A stretch of DNA of 64,000 nt from a plasmid, in the sequence record NZ_CP024426.1. One strand, written 5' to 3'. How positions within the stretch are numbered: position 1 is the stretch's first letter; each line of letters begins with the position of its first letter. Of the stretch, positions 38,343 to 47,838 are shown piece after piece. A model generated the notes under the pieces. The model was not told the origin of the DNA. It did no database searches and worked only from the letters and a program-made list of their open reading frames with translations. The position numbers and the translations under genes are program-made.

Positions 38343-38741
38343 ATGAACGTCCCCATGAAACCCCGGTCCCTTCTTGCCGCCCTGCTGATCGGCGCGCTGA
38401 CCGCGACCGGCGCCCTGGCCGCCGACAAGATCACGGTGCCGAACGAAAAGCCGGTGGCCGAGGCCGAGGCGCCCCCGGCCGCCGTGGTCGTCCATATCGA
38501 CAAGATGAAATACGACGCGCCCGAAGTGACGGTGAAGGCGGGCGACACCGTCGTCTGGGTGAACCAGGAAGCCATGCCCCACAACGTCGCCTTCAAGAAG
38601 GGCGTGGTGGGCGAGGACGCCTTCAAGGGCGCGATGCTGAAGAAGGGCGAGGCCTATGCCATCACCTTCGACGCGGCCGGAACCTATGACTATACCTGCA
38701 CGCCCCACCCGTTCATGCGCGGCAAGGTGATCGTCGAATAA
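38343..38741 (+). CDS. mauC: amicyanin (type 1 blue copper protein)
   Basis: Signal peptide plus cupredoxin ligand motif (CTPHPFMRGKV). Confidence 0.85.
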   Translation: MNVPMKPRSLLAALLIGALTATGALAADKITVPNEKPVAEAEAPPAAVVVHIDKMKYDAPEVTVKAGDTVVWVNQEAMPHNVAFKKGVVGEDAFKGAMLKKGEAYAITFDAAGTYDYTCTPHPFMRGKVIVE

Positions 38742-38763
38742 CCCCGCGCGCAAGGAGCCGACG

Positions 38764-39651
38764 ATGTGGATCCCCTATGACATCCGCGCCTCGCTCAAGG
38801 CCGACAGCCCGCCCGAGGCGATCCGGCAGTCGCTGGCCGACGCCGAGCCGCGCGAATTCCTGGTGGGCTTTTTCCTGCGCAACCCCGTGACCCAGGCGTG
38901 GGAGGCCGACATTGCCGTGGAGGGCGCCCCGGCCGAGATGGCAGCGGGCCCCGACCTGCCCGGCGCCCGGATCAGCTTTCACGGCAACGATGTGGGCAAG
39001 CTCTCCGAGGTGATCTATCGGCTGGACGCGACCGCGCACGACCAGGCGCTGGCCCAGGCTCATGCTGACATGCAGCGCCGGATGCTGCGCTGGCTGGTCC
39101 AGATCGGCCGGGGCCTGGCCCTGGCCGGCTGGCGCATCGCCGATCCGGCGCATGGCGCGCGCTGGCGCTGCACGCCGTTCCGCCCCAGCGCGATGCGCGC
39201 CGACCATATCCCGCTGGACCCGATGCCGCCCGATCTTGCGCCCCTGGCCGAACTGTTCCAGCGCGCCCGCAATGCGCCCGATGCCGCAAGCCGGCTGCTG
39301 GCGGCCTTTGCGCTGCTGCACGCGGCGCGGGACCATCCGGCCCTGGCGCGGGCGGACGTCCCCGCGTTCCGCGTGACCCAGGACATGCTGATCCATTCCG
39401 GCGCGATCGCCTGCCCCGAACCGCTCGAGGGTCTGGACCTGGGCCAGCTGATCGCCCATCTGCGCCCCCATCACGACCGGCTGGTCGGGCCCGGCGGGAT
39501 CCTCGCGCCGGTGCTGGACGACCTTGCGGGGCAGCGGCGGCTGGCGCAGCTGGCGAACCTGGCCGACCTGGCGGCCCACCGCCTGATCCTGGCCGAGCTG
39601 CGCGCCCGGCAGGGCGCCGCTGCGGACGCGGCCCTGCGCGCCGGGGCCTGA
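38764..39651 (+). CDS. mauJ: MauJ (methylamine utilisation protein of unknown function)
   Basis: Position after mauC. AAGGAG Shine-Dalgarno-like sequence. 295 aa. Confidence 0.65.
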   Translation: MWIPYDIRASLKADSPPEAIRQSLADAEPREFLVGFFLRNPVTQAWEADIAVEGAPAEMAAGPDLPGARISFHGNDVGKLSEVIYRLDATAHDQALAQAHADMQRRMLRWLVQIGRGLALAGWRIADPAHGARWRCTPFRPSAMRADHIPLDPMPPDLAPLAELFQRARNAPDAASRLLAAFALLHAARDHPALARADVPAFRVTQDMLIHSGAIACPEPLEGLDLGQLIAHLRPHHDRLVGPGGILAPVLDDLAGQRRLAQLANLADLAAHRLILAELRARQGAAADAALRAGA

Positions 39652-39654
39652 GCC

Positions 39655-40842
39655 GTGACCGGCCGTCTTCCCTCTCGCCTGCTGGTTCTGGCCATTCCCC
39701 TGGCCGGGGCGGTTCTGGTCGGCGCGGCGGCCGGCCGGCAGCCCGCACCGCCCGCGCCGGGCGATCTGGCCGCGCTGGGGCAGCGGCTGTTTCACGACAC
39801 TGCCCTGTCGCGGACGGGCACGCAATCCTGCGCCACCTGCCACGACCCCGAACACGCCTTCACCGACCCCCGCGAAGGGGCGGCGGGACGGGCGGTATCC
39901 TTGGGCGACGACGGCGTTTCCTATGGCGACCGCAACACGCCGACCCTGTCCTATGCCGCGCTGAGCCCGGACTTTCACCGCGACGACAAGGGCCGCTACA
40001 AGGGCGGCCAGTTCTGGGACGGCCGTGCCGACGATCTGGCCGACCAGGCCGGGCAGCCGATGCTGAACCCGGTCGAGATGGGCATGCCCGACAAGGCCGC
40101 CGTGGTCGAGCGGCTGCGCGCCGATCCCGGCTATGCCCAGGATTTCGCGGTGCTGTTCGGCCCCCAGGCGCTTGGCGACGTGGACCGCGCCTTCGACCAT
40201 GCGGCCGAGGCCCTGGCCGCCTATCAGCGCACCGAAACCTTCATGCCCTTCGATTCCCGCTATGACCGCTTCCTGCGCGGCGAAGAGGAACTGACCGCGC
40301 AGGAACGCTTCGGCCACACCGTCTTCATCACCTGGAACTGCCGCCTGTGCCACCAGCTGCAAAAGCAGGGCATCGTCGAACGCGAGACCTTCACCAGCTT
40401 CGAATACCACAACATCGGCGTGCCGGTGAACCGGGCGGCGCGGGACGCGAACGGCCTTGGCCCGGACCATCTGGACCTGGGCCTGCTGGACCGACCCGGG
40501 ATCGACGACCCCGCCCAGGCGGGGCGGATGAAGGTGCCGACCCTGCGCAACGTGGCCGTGACCGGGCCCTATATGCACAACGGCGTCTTTTCCGACCTGC
40601 GCACGGCGGTTCTGTTCTACAACAAATACACCAGCCGGCGCCCCGGGTCGCAGATCAACCCCGAGACCGGCGAGGACTGGGGTCCGGCCGAGATCGACCG
40701 GAACCTGTCGCTGACCGAGTTGCAATCGGGGCTGATGCTGGACGATGCGCGCGTCGATGCGCTGGTGGCCTTCCTGGAAACGCTGACCGACCGCCGCTAC
40801 GAGCCGCTGCTGGCCGAGCGCAAACGCGACACCGCGGACTAG
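39655..40842 (+). CDS. mauG: MauG di-heme cytochrome c peroxidase-like TTQ maturation enzyme
   Basis: Two CxxCH heme motifs (CATCHDP, CRLCHQL) and the CCP/MauG fold. GTG start. Confidence 0.85.
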   Translation: MTGRLPSRLLVLAIPLAGAVLVGAAAGRQPAPPAPGDLAALGQRLFHDTALSRTGTQSCATCHDPEHAFTDPREGAAGRAVSLGDDGVSYGDRNTPTLSYAALSPDFHRDDKGRYKGGQFWDGRADDLADQAGQPMLNPVEMGMPDKAAVVERLRADPGYAQDFAVLFGPQALGDVDRAFDHAAEALAAYQRTETFMPFDSRYDRFLRGEEELTAQERFGHTVFITWNCRLCHQLQKQGIVERETFTSFEYHNIGVPVNRAARDANGLGPDHLDLGLLDRPGIDDPAQAGRMKVPTLRNVAVTGPYMHNGVFSDLRTAVLFYNKYTSRRPGSQINPETGEDWGPAEIDRNLSLTELQSGLMLDDARVDALVAFLETLTDRRYEPLLAERKRDTAD

Positions 40843-40868
40843 GCCGGGCAAAGGCAAGGGGGGACAGG

Positions 40869-41534
40869 ATGGCATCCAGCAAACGCAAGATGAGCCGCCG
40901 CACCGCCATGACCGAGATCGCGCGCGGCGCCGGCGCCGTGTGCCTGGCCGGCGTGTCCCTGGTCGCCCTGGTCGAGGCCACGGACCGCGCCGATGCCCGC
41001 GCCCTGCGCCCGCCCGGCGCCCTGCCCGAGGACGATTTCCTGGCCGCCTGCGTGCGCTGCGGTCTGTGCGTGCAGGCCTGCCCCTATCACACGCTTTCGC
41101 TGGCCGAATGGGGGCAGGAGGCCGCGGTCGGAACGCCCTTTTTCACGCCGCGCGACACGCCCTGCTACATGTGCCGCGACGTGCCTTGCGCGCGGGCCTG
41201 CCCGACCGGCGCGCTGGACCGCCAGATCCCGTCGATCCGCGATGCCGACATGGGCGTCGCGGTGCTGGTGGGGCATGAGACCTGCCTGAACTACAAGGGG
41301 ATGAACTGCAGCATCTGCGTCCGCGTCTGCCCGATCCGGGGCGATGCGATCACGCTGGAGCCGGCCGAGGTCGACGGCCGCCGCATCCTGGTGCCGACGG
41401 TCCATTCCAGCCATTGCACCGGCTGCGGCACCTGCGAAAAGCATTGCGTGACCGGCCATGCCTCGATCCGGGTGCTGCCGCGCGATCTGGGGCTGGGCGG
41501 CGACGGCCGCAACCGGGCGGGGCGGGCGACATGA
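40869..41534 (+). CDS. mauM: MauM (NapG-like 4Fe-4S ferredoxin)
   Basis: Four CxxCxxCxxxCP clusters. GGGGGG Shine-Dalgarno-like sequence before the ATG at 40869. Confidence 0.75.
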   Translation: MASSKRKMSRRTAMTEIARGAGAVCLAGVSLVALVEATDRADARALRPPGALPEDDFLAACVRCGLCVQACPYHTLSLAEWGQEAAVGTPFFTPRDTPCYMCRDVPCARACPTGALDRQIPSIRDADMGVAVLVGHETCLNYKGMNCSICVRVCPIRGDAITLEPAEVDGRRILVPTVHSSHCTGCGTCEKHCVTGHASIRVLPRDLGLGGDGRNRAGRAT

Positions 41535-42397
41535 TCGGGCGGCTGGTGTCGGAAAACCGCAGGCTCAGCGTCCAGGTCCGCGGCCTGCTGCGGTCCCACA
41601 AATGGTGGCTGCTGCGCCGGTCAAGCCAGGTTCTGGTGCTGGGACTGTTCATGCTGGGCCCTTGGCTTGGGATCTGGATCGCGCGGGGCAATTTCGGCGC
41701 CAGCCGGATTGGCGACATGCTGACCCTGGCAGATCCCTATGTCCTGTTGCAGGGCATCGCGAGCGGCACCTCGCCCGCCATGCCAGTCGCAATCGGGGCG
41801 GCGACGGTCGCGCTGGCCTATCTGGTGCTGGGCGGGCGGGCCTATTGCGGCTGGGTCTGCCCGGTGAATGTCGTCACCGACACCGCCTTCTGGCTGCGCG
41901 AAAAGACCGGGCTGACCCGCGACCGCAAGCTCGACCGCCGCGCGCGGCTAGCGATCCTGGCCGGGACGCTTCTGGCCTCGGCCGTGACGGGCACCGTGGC
42001 GTGGGAATTCGTGAACCCCGTCAGCCTGCTGCAGCGCGCCCTGATCGGCGGCATCGGGCTGGGCTGGGCCATCATTGCGGCGGTGTTCCTGCTGGACCTG
42101 TTCGTGTCGCGCCGTGCCTGGTGCAGCCACCTGTGCCCGGTCGGCGCCTTCTACGGATTGATCGGGCGGGGGTCGGTGGTCCGCGTCTCGGCCGCGCGGC
42201 GCGACGTCTGCACCGATTGCGGCGCCTGTTTCAACATCTGCCCCGAGCCGCATGTGATCGTCCCCGCGCTGAAGGGCCAGGGCAGCCCGCTGATCCTGTC
42301 GGGCGATTGCCAGAACTGCGGCGGCTGCATCGACGCCTGCCCGGTCAGCGTGTTCCGCATGTCGAGCCGGGCGCACGGTCGGGCGCCCCGTCCCTGA
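41531..42397 (+). CDS. mauN: MauN (NapH-like membrane-bound ferredoxin)
   Basis: ATGA overlap with mauM. TM helices plus C-terminal Fe-S motifs (CTDCGACFNICP, CQNCGGCIDACP). Confidence 0.75.
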   Translation: MIGRLVSENRRLSVQVRGLLRSHKWWLLRRSSQVLVLGLFMLGPWLGIWIARGNFGASRIGDMLTLADPYVLLQGIASGTSPAMPVAIGAATVALAYLVLGGRAYCGWVCPVNVVTDTAFWLREKTGLTRDRKLDRRARLAILAGTLLASAVTGTVAWEFVNPVSLLQRALIGGIGLGWAIIAAVFLLDLFVSRRAWCSHLCPVGAFYGLIGRGSVVRVSAARRDVCTDCGACFNICPEPHVIVPALKGQGSPLILSGDCQNCGGCIDACPVSVFRMSSRAHGRAPRP

Positions 42398-42453
42398 CGG
42401 AACAATCGCCCCCGCCAGCCGTTGATCCTGACCAAGCGATGAGGAGAGCGCGC

Positions 42454-42702
42454 ATGGCAAACGCAAGCCACAAGAAGTTCGGCGCCGGTCAGCAGGACCA
42501 GGGCAAGGGCGATGGCACCGGCGCCCTTGGTCCTGACGAGATCGAGGAGCTGCCCCCCGGCGAAATCCTGTCCAACCGCGACAAGTCGCGCCATTCGGAC
42601 CAGCGCGGGCTGGATTCGCGCCACGTCCAGACCCAGCAGCACCACGACCACGTCGACAACCGCGATGGCGACCGGGACGACGACACGCCGGGTCAGGCCT
42701 GA
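42454..42702 (+). CDS. small highly charged disordered protein (82 aa)
   Basis: Strong GAGGAG Shine-Dalgarno-like sequence 7 nt before the ATG. Low-complexity K/D/E/H/Q-rich sequence. Lies inside a longer track ORF. Confidence 0.4.
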   Translation: MANASHKKFGAGQQDQGKGDGTGALGPDEIEELPPGEILSNRDKSRHSDQRGLDSRHVQTQQHHDHVDNRDGDRDDDTPGQA

Positions 42703-42735
42703 ACCCTGGCCCAGGAACGAACAGGAGCCAAGACC

Positions 42736-42882
42736 ATGACCGGCAAGAAGACCCACGAACAGCAGCAGAAGATCATCGAAAAGCGCGTGGATACGACGAA
42801 CGCCGACAAGGATTTCGACCCGCGCCCCGATCTCAAGGCATCCGACCGGCGCGAGGCGCGCAAGGACGAGGATCAGGAATAG
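42736..42882 (+). CDS. small charged protein (48 aa), not in ORF track
   Basis: ACAGGAG Shine-Dalgarno-like sequence 6 nt before ATG 42736. Translation MTGKKTHEQQQKIIEKRVDTTNADKDFDPRPDLKASDRREARKDEDQE. Its 3' end overlaps the idi stop by 10 nt (convergent). Confidence 0.3.
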   Translation: MTGKKTHEQQQKIIEKRVDTTNADKDFDPRPDLKASDRREARKDEDQE

Positions 42883-43955
42883 GGCTCGGTCCCGGCGGGC
42901 AACAGCCGTGCTTGGCGCAACTGCGCCAGGTCGGCGCTGCCGGTGCAGAAACAGGCGGTGCGCAGTTGCGCCAGAACGATGCCAAGGTGTTGTTCCAGCG
43001 CGGCGGGTCCTTCCAGAGCGGCCTGCAGGACCGCACCCGCCATTGAGACCAGATCGGCGCCCAGCCGGATGGCCCGGGCCGCATCCAGCCCCGTGACAAT
43101 TCCGCCCGAGCCGATGACGGTCGCCTTGGGCGCGGCCGCGCGCGTCATGCGGATCGCGGTGGCGGTGGGTATTCCCCAGCCTGCGAAGCAGGCCGCAACC
43201 TCGGCTTGGGCTTGCGACCCTGCCCGGGCGGCCTCGACTCGCGCCCAGTCCGTCCCGCCCGCCCCCGCCACGTCGAAGATGCCGATCCCCGCCTCGGCCA
43301 GCCGTGCGACAACGGCGGCGGAGAGGCCTGCGCCGACCTCTTTCACGATTACCGGCACGGGCAGGGCGCGCGCCAGGTCGCCGATCTTGTCGGTCAGGCC
43401 ACGCCAATCGCGGTCGCCCTCGGGCTGGACCGCCTCTTGCAGGGGGTTCAGGTGCAGGATCAGGGCCTGGGCGTCGATCGCCTCGATGGCGCGCAGTGCC
43501 TGGTCGCGGCCATAGCCCCGGTTCAGTTGCGCCGCGCCCAGATTGGCCAGGATCGGGATGTCGGGAGCGATGCGGCGCAGGCCCCGGTCAAGACCGCCGT
43601 CCCTGTCCCCCTCGATCATCACCCGCTGCGAGCCGACGGCCAGCGGAATGCGCAGCGCCTGGCAGGCCCCGGCCAGGGTGCGGTTGATCTGCGCCGCCCG
43701 GCTTGGTCCCCCGGTCATCGACCCGATCAGCAGCGGCGCCCCGATGGGCCGGCCCAGGAAGCGCGTGGACAAATTGATCGCCTCCCACGAAACTTCCGGC
43801 AGCGCCACGTGTTCAAACCGGACGGCCTCCAGCCCGGTCGTCGTGACCGCCGATGCTTTTCCCGCCAGCACCGCATCCAGATGCTGCTCCTTCCGAGAGG
43901 TCAACGTGCCCGCTTTCGCCCCCGAGCCCCTGCCCTGCCGTCCGATCATGGTCAT
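42873..43955 (-). CDS. idi: isopentenyl-diphosphate delta-isomerase, type 2 (FMN-dependent)
   Basis: IDI-2 TIM-barrel motifs (LLIGSMTGG, VIVKEVGAGLS, GAGGTDWARVE, SGGI). 360 aa from ATG 43955. Confidence 0.85.
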   Translation of the reverse strand: MTMIGRQGRGSGAKAGTLTSRKEQHLDAVLAGKASAVTTTGLEAVRFEHVALPEVSWEAINLSTRFLGRPIGAPLLIGSMTGGPSRAAQINRTLAGACQALRIPLAVGSQRVMIEGDRDGGLDRGLRRIAPDIPILANLGAAQLNRGYGRDQALRAIEAIDAQALILHLNPLQEAVQPEGDRDWRGLTDKIGDLARALPVPVIVKEVGAGLSAAVVARLAEAGIGIFDVAGAGGTDWARVEAARAGSQAQAEVAACFAGWGIPTATAIRMTRAAAPKATVIGSGGIVTGLDAARAIRLGADLVSMAGAVLQAALEGPAALEQHLGIVLAQLRTACFCTGSADLAQLRQARLLPAGTEPYS

Positions 43956-44027
43956 GCGCTGTCGCCCCGGGGCCCCAGTGCCCGCAAGGGAACGCGGCAG
44001 GATCGCCAAAGGATCATTCCCGTGGCG

Positions 44028-44975
44028 ATGATTTCCGCTGCGGACCCCGGCAGAGATCCGGCTGGAACGGAGGACGCGGGTTTCGTCGCCCTGCTCGAGG
44101 CACGGATCGCGCGGCATCTGGCCGATCTTTCCCCCGCCCCCCAGCGCCTGGTCGCCGCCGCCCGCGGGGCCATGGCGCATGGCAAGCGGCTGCGGCCCTG
44201 TCTGCTGAACCACGTCGCGGGCAAGGACGCCGACCCCGATGCTGTGCTCGACATGGCCGTGGCCTTCGAGATGGTCCATTCCGCCTCGCTGATCCTGGAC
44301 GACCTGCCGGCGATGGACAATGCGCTGCTGCGCCGGGGCCGGCCCACCACCCATGTCCTGCATGGCGAGGCGACGGCGATCCTGGCCGCCATCGGCCTGC
44401 TGAACCAGGCCATCGCCATCGCGAACGCGCTGCCCGGGGTGGATGCCGCGGACCACCAGCGGCTGGTCGCCATCCTGACCGGGGTGATGGGCTGGAACGG
44501 GCTGGTCGCGGGACAGGAACTGGACCTGAACGGCTTCTCGCCCGGCGACGCGGGGGCCTGCGACCCGCAGGAGCGCATCTGCCGCGTCAACCGGCTCAAG
44601 ACCGGCATCCTGCTGTGCGCCGCGGTCGAGGCGGGGGCGCTGCTTGGCCGGCGCCCCGGGGCGGCCTGCGCCCAGCTGTTGCGCTTTGCCGGGGCGCTGG
44701 GGCAGGCATTCCAGATCGCCGACGATCTGGGTGACGCGCATCGGCGCAGCGACCAGACCGGCAAGGACTGCGGCAAGGACGCCGGCAAGGAAACCTTCCT
44801 GGCCGTCTTCGGCACGGCAGAGGCGCTGAACCGCTGCCATGCCCTGCTGGCCGAGGCGGACGGCGCCCTGCACGCCAGCGGCATCGACGCCCGCCCGTTG
44901 CGCCGCATGGTGGGGGCGATCTTCGGGCCGATGCTGTCCCTGCCGCCCGACGACATCCTGCAGGCGGCGGAATGA
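44028..44975 (+). CDS. crtE: geranylgeranyl diphosphate synthase
   Basis: First aspartate-rich motif (FARM) LILDDLPAMDN and second aspartate-rich motif (SARM) FQIADDLGD. Divergent from idi. Confidence 0.85.
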   Translation: MISAADPGRDPAGTEDAGFVALLEARIARHLADLSPAPQRLVAAARGAMAHGKRLRPCLLNHVAGKDADPDAVLDMAVAFEMVHSASLILDDLPAMDNALLRRGRPTTHVLHGEATAILAAIGLLNQAIAIANALPGVDAADHQRLVAILTGVMGWNGLVAGQELDLNGFSPGDAGACDPQERICRVNRLKTGILLCAAVEAGALLGRRPGAACAQLLRFAGALGQAFQIADDLGDAHRRSDQTGKDCGKDAGKETFLAVFGTAEALNRCHALLAEADGALHASGIDARPLRRMVGAIFGPMLSLPPDDILQAAE

Positions 44976-45499
44976 CCTGGGTGGGGCCCCTGCTGATCGT
45001 GATCGGCACCGTCGCCGCAATGGAGGCGGTAGCCTGGGCGGTCCACAAATACATCATGCACGGCTGGGGCTGGGGCTGGCACAAGTCGCACCACGAACCC
45101 CATGACGGCGGGTTCGAGTTGAACGACCTTTACGCGCTGGTCTTTGCCGCGGGCTCGGTCGGCCTGTTCTGGTGGGGCCGGGACTGGTGGCCCGCGACCT
45201 GGCTGGGGTCCGGGATGGCGGTCTATGGGCTGCTTTACTTCATTGCCCACGACGGGCTGGTCCACAAGCGATGGCCCTTCAGCTATATCCCCCGGCGCGG
45301 CTATCTCAAGCGGCTGTATCAGGCCCACCGGCTGCATCACGCGGTCGAGGGGCGGGACGGCTGCGTCAGCTTCGGCTTTCTTTATGCCCCGCCCATCGCC
45401 CGGCTCAAGGCGCGGCTGGCGCGGGGCCGGGGATCAGCCCGGCCGCCGGAACAGGGCCGAGCGATCGAACCGGGGAACGGGCCGGCGCAGGGCCAGTAA
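44972..45499 (+). CDS. crtZ: beta-carotene 3-hydroxylase
   Basis: His-box motifs (HKYIMHGWGWGWHKSHH, HDGLVH, HRLHH). ATGA overlap with crtE. Confidence 0.85.
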   Translation: MTWVGPLLIVIGTVAAMEAVAWAVHKYIMHGWGWGWHKSHHEPHDGGFELNDLYALVFAAGSVGLFWWGRDWWPATWLGSGMAVYGLLYFIAHDGLVHKRWPFSYIPRRGYLKRLYQAHRLHHAVEGRDGCVSFGFLYAPPIARLKARLARGRGSARPPEQGRAIEPGNGPAQGQ

Positions 45500-46360
45500 C
45501 GTGCCGGGCGCCGCCCCGGCGATCAGCCGCAGCTTTCCGGCGGTCGTGGTCGAGATCCGGCCGTCCCAGGCGTCCGGGCCCCGCCGCCGCAGGATCACGC
45601 CGATTTCACGATAGATGGCCTGCGCCGCCGCGATGGCAAAGGCGGGACGGCGATCCAGCGCCGCGACGCCCACGGCGGCGCTGCGGTAATAATCCTCGGC
45701 CAGGTCCAGCAGGTGCAGCGCGCAGCGGTGCAAGGCGGCGCGGTCGGCCCGGTTGTCGGGATCGACGCCCTCCAGCCCCTGGGTCCGCAGCAGCGCCCGG
45801 GGCAGATAGACCCGGCCGATGCGCGCGTCGTCGATCACGTCGCGGGCGATGTTGGTCAGCTGAAAGGCGATCCCCAGGTCGCTGGCGCGGTCCAGCGTGC
45901 CCGGATCGGTGGCTCCCATGATGCGGGCCATCATCACCCCCACCACCCCCGCGACGTGATAGCAGTAGTCCAGCAGGTCCGAGATCGTTTCATAGCGCCG
46001 CCCGGCGACATCCATGCCGAACCCGTCCAGCATCTCGTCCACATGCCGGTGCGGAATGGCATGGCGCGAAACCACCCGGGCGAGCCCGGCAAAGACCTCG
46101 GGGGCAGACCCGCCGGCCAGGGCGCAGTGGGTTTCGTCCCGCAGCGCCTGCAGCCGCTCTGCCGGTGGCGTGGCATCGGTGCCGGCGCCGGCAAAGCCCG
46201 CATCCTGCCCGTCGATCACGTCGTCGGCGTGGCGGCACCAGGCGTAAAGCATCACGCAATCCTGCGACATGGCGGGCGGCAGCAGCCGCGCCGCCAGACC
46301 GAAGCTTTTCGACCCCGCCTTGATGGAGCGGCGGGCATTGGCCACGGTGCTGTCCGTCAT
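45434..46360 (-). CDS. crtB: phytoene synthase
   Basis: YAWCRHADDVIDG and YCYHVAGVVGVMMARIMG...FQLTNIARDVIDD match Paracoccus/Pantoea CrtB. Confidence 0.9.
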   Translation of the reverse strand: MTDSTVANARRSIKAGSKSFGLAARLLPPAMSQDCVMLYAWCRHADDVIDGQDAGFAGAGTDATPPAERLQALRDETHCALAGGSAPEVFAGLARVVSRHAIPHRHVDEMLDGFGMDVAGRRYETISDLLDYCYHVAGVVGVMMARIMGATDPGTLDRASDLGIAFQLTNIARDVIDDARIGRVYLPRALLRTQGLEGVDPDNRADRAALHRCALHLLDLAEDYYRSAAVGVAALDRRPAFAIAAAQAIYREIGVILRRRGPDAWDGRISTTTAGKLRLIAGAAPGTLLALRRPVPRFDRSALFRRPG

Positions 46361-47838
46361 GGCCCCTCCGGCGTCAGGATCAGCGAGGCCGTCGCCTCGG
46401 CCGAGCCGATGACGCCCGGCAGGCCTGCGCCGGGATGGGTGCCGGCGCCGACCAGGAACAGGTTGTCCAGCCGGTCGTCGCGGTTGTGGGGACGGAACCA
46501 GGCGCTTTGGGTCAGGATGGGCTCGATGGAAAAGGCCGAGCCGAGATGCGCGTTCAGCTGCGTCTTGAAGTCCAGCGGCGTGAAATGGCGCAGCGTCACC
46601 AGATCGCGCCGCAGGTTCGGGATATGGCGCGCCTCGAGATAGTCGAGGATGCGGTCGCGATAGGCGGGTGCGGCGCTTTCCCAGTCCGGGTCGGCCGTGC
46701 CCAGATGCGGCACCGGCGCCAGGACGTAATAGGCGCTGTGACCCGGCGGGGCCAGGCTGTCGTCCGTGACCGAAGGCGCGTGCAGGTAAAGCGAGAAATC
46801 CTGCGCCAGGCCGTTGCCGTGAAAGATCTGGTCGACCAGCCCGCGATAGCGCGGGCCGAACAGCACCATGTGGTGGCGCAGGTGCGGGCGCAGGCCGCGC
46901 AGGCCGAAATAGACGACGAACAGCGACATCGAATGGCGCCGCGCCGCCAGCCGGTCGCCCCGGGCGGCATCGCCCAGCAGGGCGCGATAGGTATGGACCA
47001 CATCGGCATTGCTGGCGATCACGTCGAAGGCGTGGCGCCCGCCGCCCGCATGGATCGCGGTGGCGCGGCGGCCCTCGGTCTCGATCCGCTCGACGGGGCT
47101 GTTCAGGCGCAGCGTGCCGCCCAGCCGCTGGAAATGGCGCACCATGCCCGCGACCAGCGCGCCGGTGCCACCCTTGGCGAACCAGACTCCGCCCTTGCGT
47201 TCCAGCGCATGGATCAGCGCATAGATGGCCGAGGTCGAGAACGGGTTCCCGCCCACCAGCAGCGTGTGAAAGCTGAAAGCCTGGCGCAGCCGTTCGTCAC
47301 GGATGTGGCGCGCGACCATGGCATGGACCGAGCGCCACGCCTGCAGCCGCGCCAGTTGCGGCGCCGCGCGGATCATGTCGCTGAAATGCAGGAACGGCAC
47401 CGCGCCCAGCTTTTCGTAGCCTTCGCGATAGACCGCGCGGGAATAGGCCAGGAACCGGCGATAGCCCGCCACGTCGCCCGGGCTGATCGCGGCGATCTGG
47501 CGCTCGATGGCGTCCTGGTCGTCGGCATAGTCAAAGACGGTGCCGTCCTCCCAGCACAGGCGATAGAAGGGATCGACCGGCAGCAGCGTCACGTCGCGGT
47601 CGATGTCGTGGCCGGTCAGGCGCCACAGCCTGCGCAGGCAGTCGGGGTCGGTGATGACCGTGGGGCCCGCGTCGAAGGTAAAGCCCGCGTCATGATAGAC
47701 ATAGGCCCGCCCGCCGGGCTTGTCGCGCGCTTCGAACAGCGTGGTGGCGACGCCCGCCGCCTGCAGCCGGATCGCCAGCGCAAGCCCGCCGAAGCCCGCC
47801 CCGATGACGCCCGCGCTGCGGGTCCCGCCCGCGGTCAC
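46357..47838 (-). CDS. crtI: phytoene desaturase
   Basis: FAD motif VIGAGFGGLALAIRLQAAG and extensive CrtI similarity. GTG start at 47838 forms a GTGA overlap with the crtY stop. The track ORF is over-extended upstream. Confidence 0.88.
   Translation of the reverse strand: MTAGGTRSAGVIGAGFGGLALAIRLQAAGVATTLFEARDKPGGRAYVYHDAGFTFDAGPTVITDPDCLRRLWRLTGHDIDRDVTLLPVDPFYRLCWEDGTVFDYADDQDAIERQIAAISPGDVAGYRRFLAYSRAVYREGYEKLGAVPFLHFSDMIRAAPQLARLQAWRSVHAMVARHIRDERLRQAFSFHTLLVGGNPFSTSAIYALIHALERKGGVWFAKGGTGALVAGMVRHFQRLGGTLRLNSPVERIETEGRRATAIHAGGGRHAFDVIASNADVVHTYRALLGDAARGDRLAARRHSMSLFVVYFGLRGLRPHLRHHMVLFGPRYRGLVDQIFHGNGLAQDFSLYLHAPSVTDDSLAPPGHSAYYVLAPVPHLGTADPDWESAAPAYRDRILDYLEARHIPNLRRDLVTLRHFTPLDFKTQLNAHLGSAFSIEPILTQSAWFRPHNRDDRLDNLFLVGAGTHPGAGLPGVIGSAEATASLILTPEGP

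Noticed and set aside
38713-40875. Long GC-rich antisense ORF opposite mauJ/mauG (38764-40842, 720 aa)
   Set aside because: Arg/Gly/Ala/Pro-rich junk translation with no motifs, typical of the stop-poor antisense frame in high-GC DNA. The opposite strand encodes MauG with two CxxCH heme motifs.
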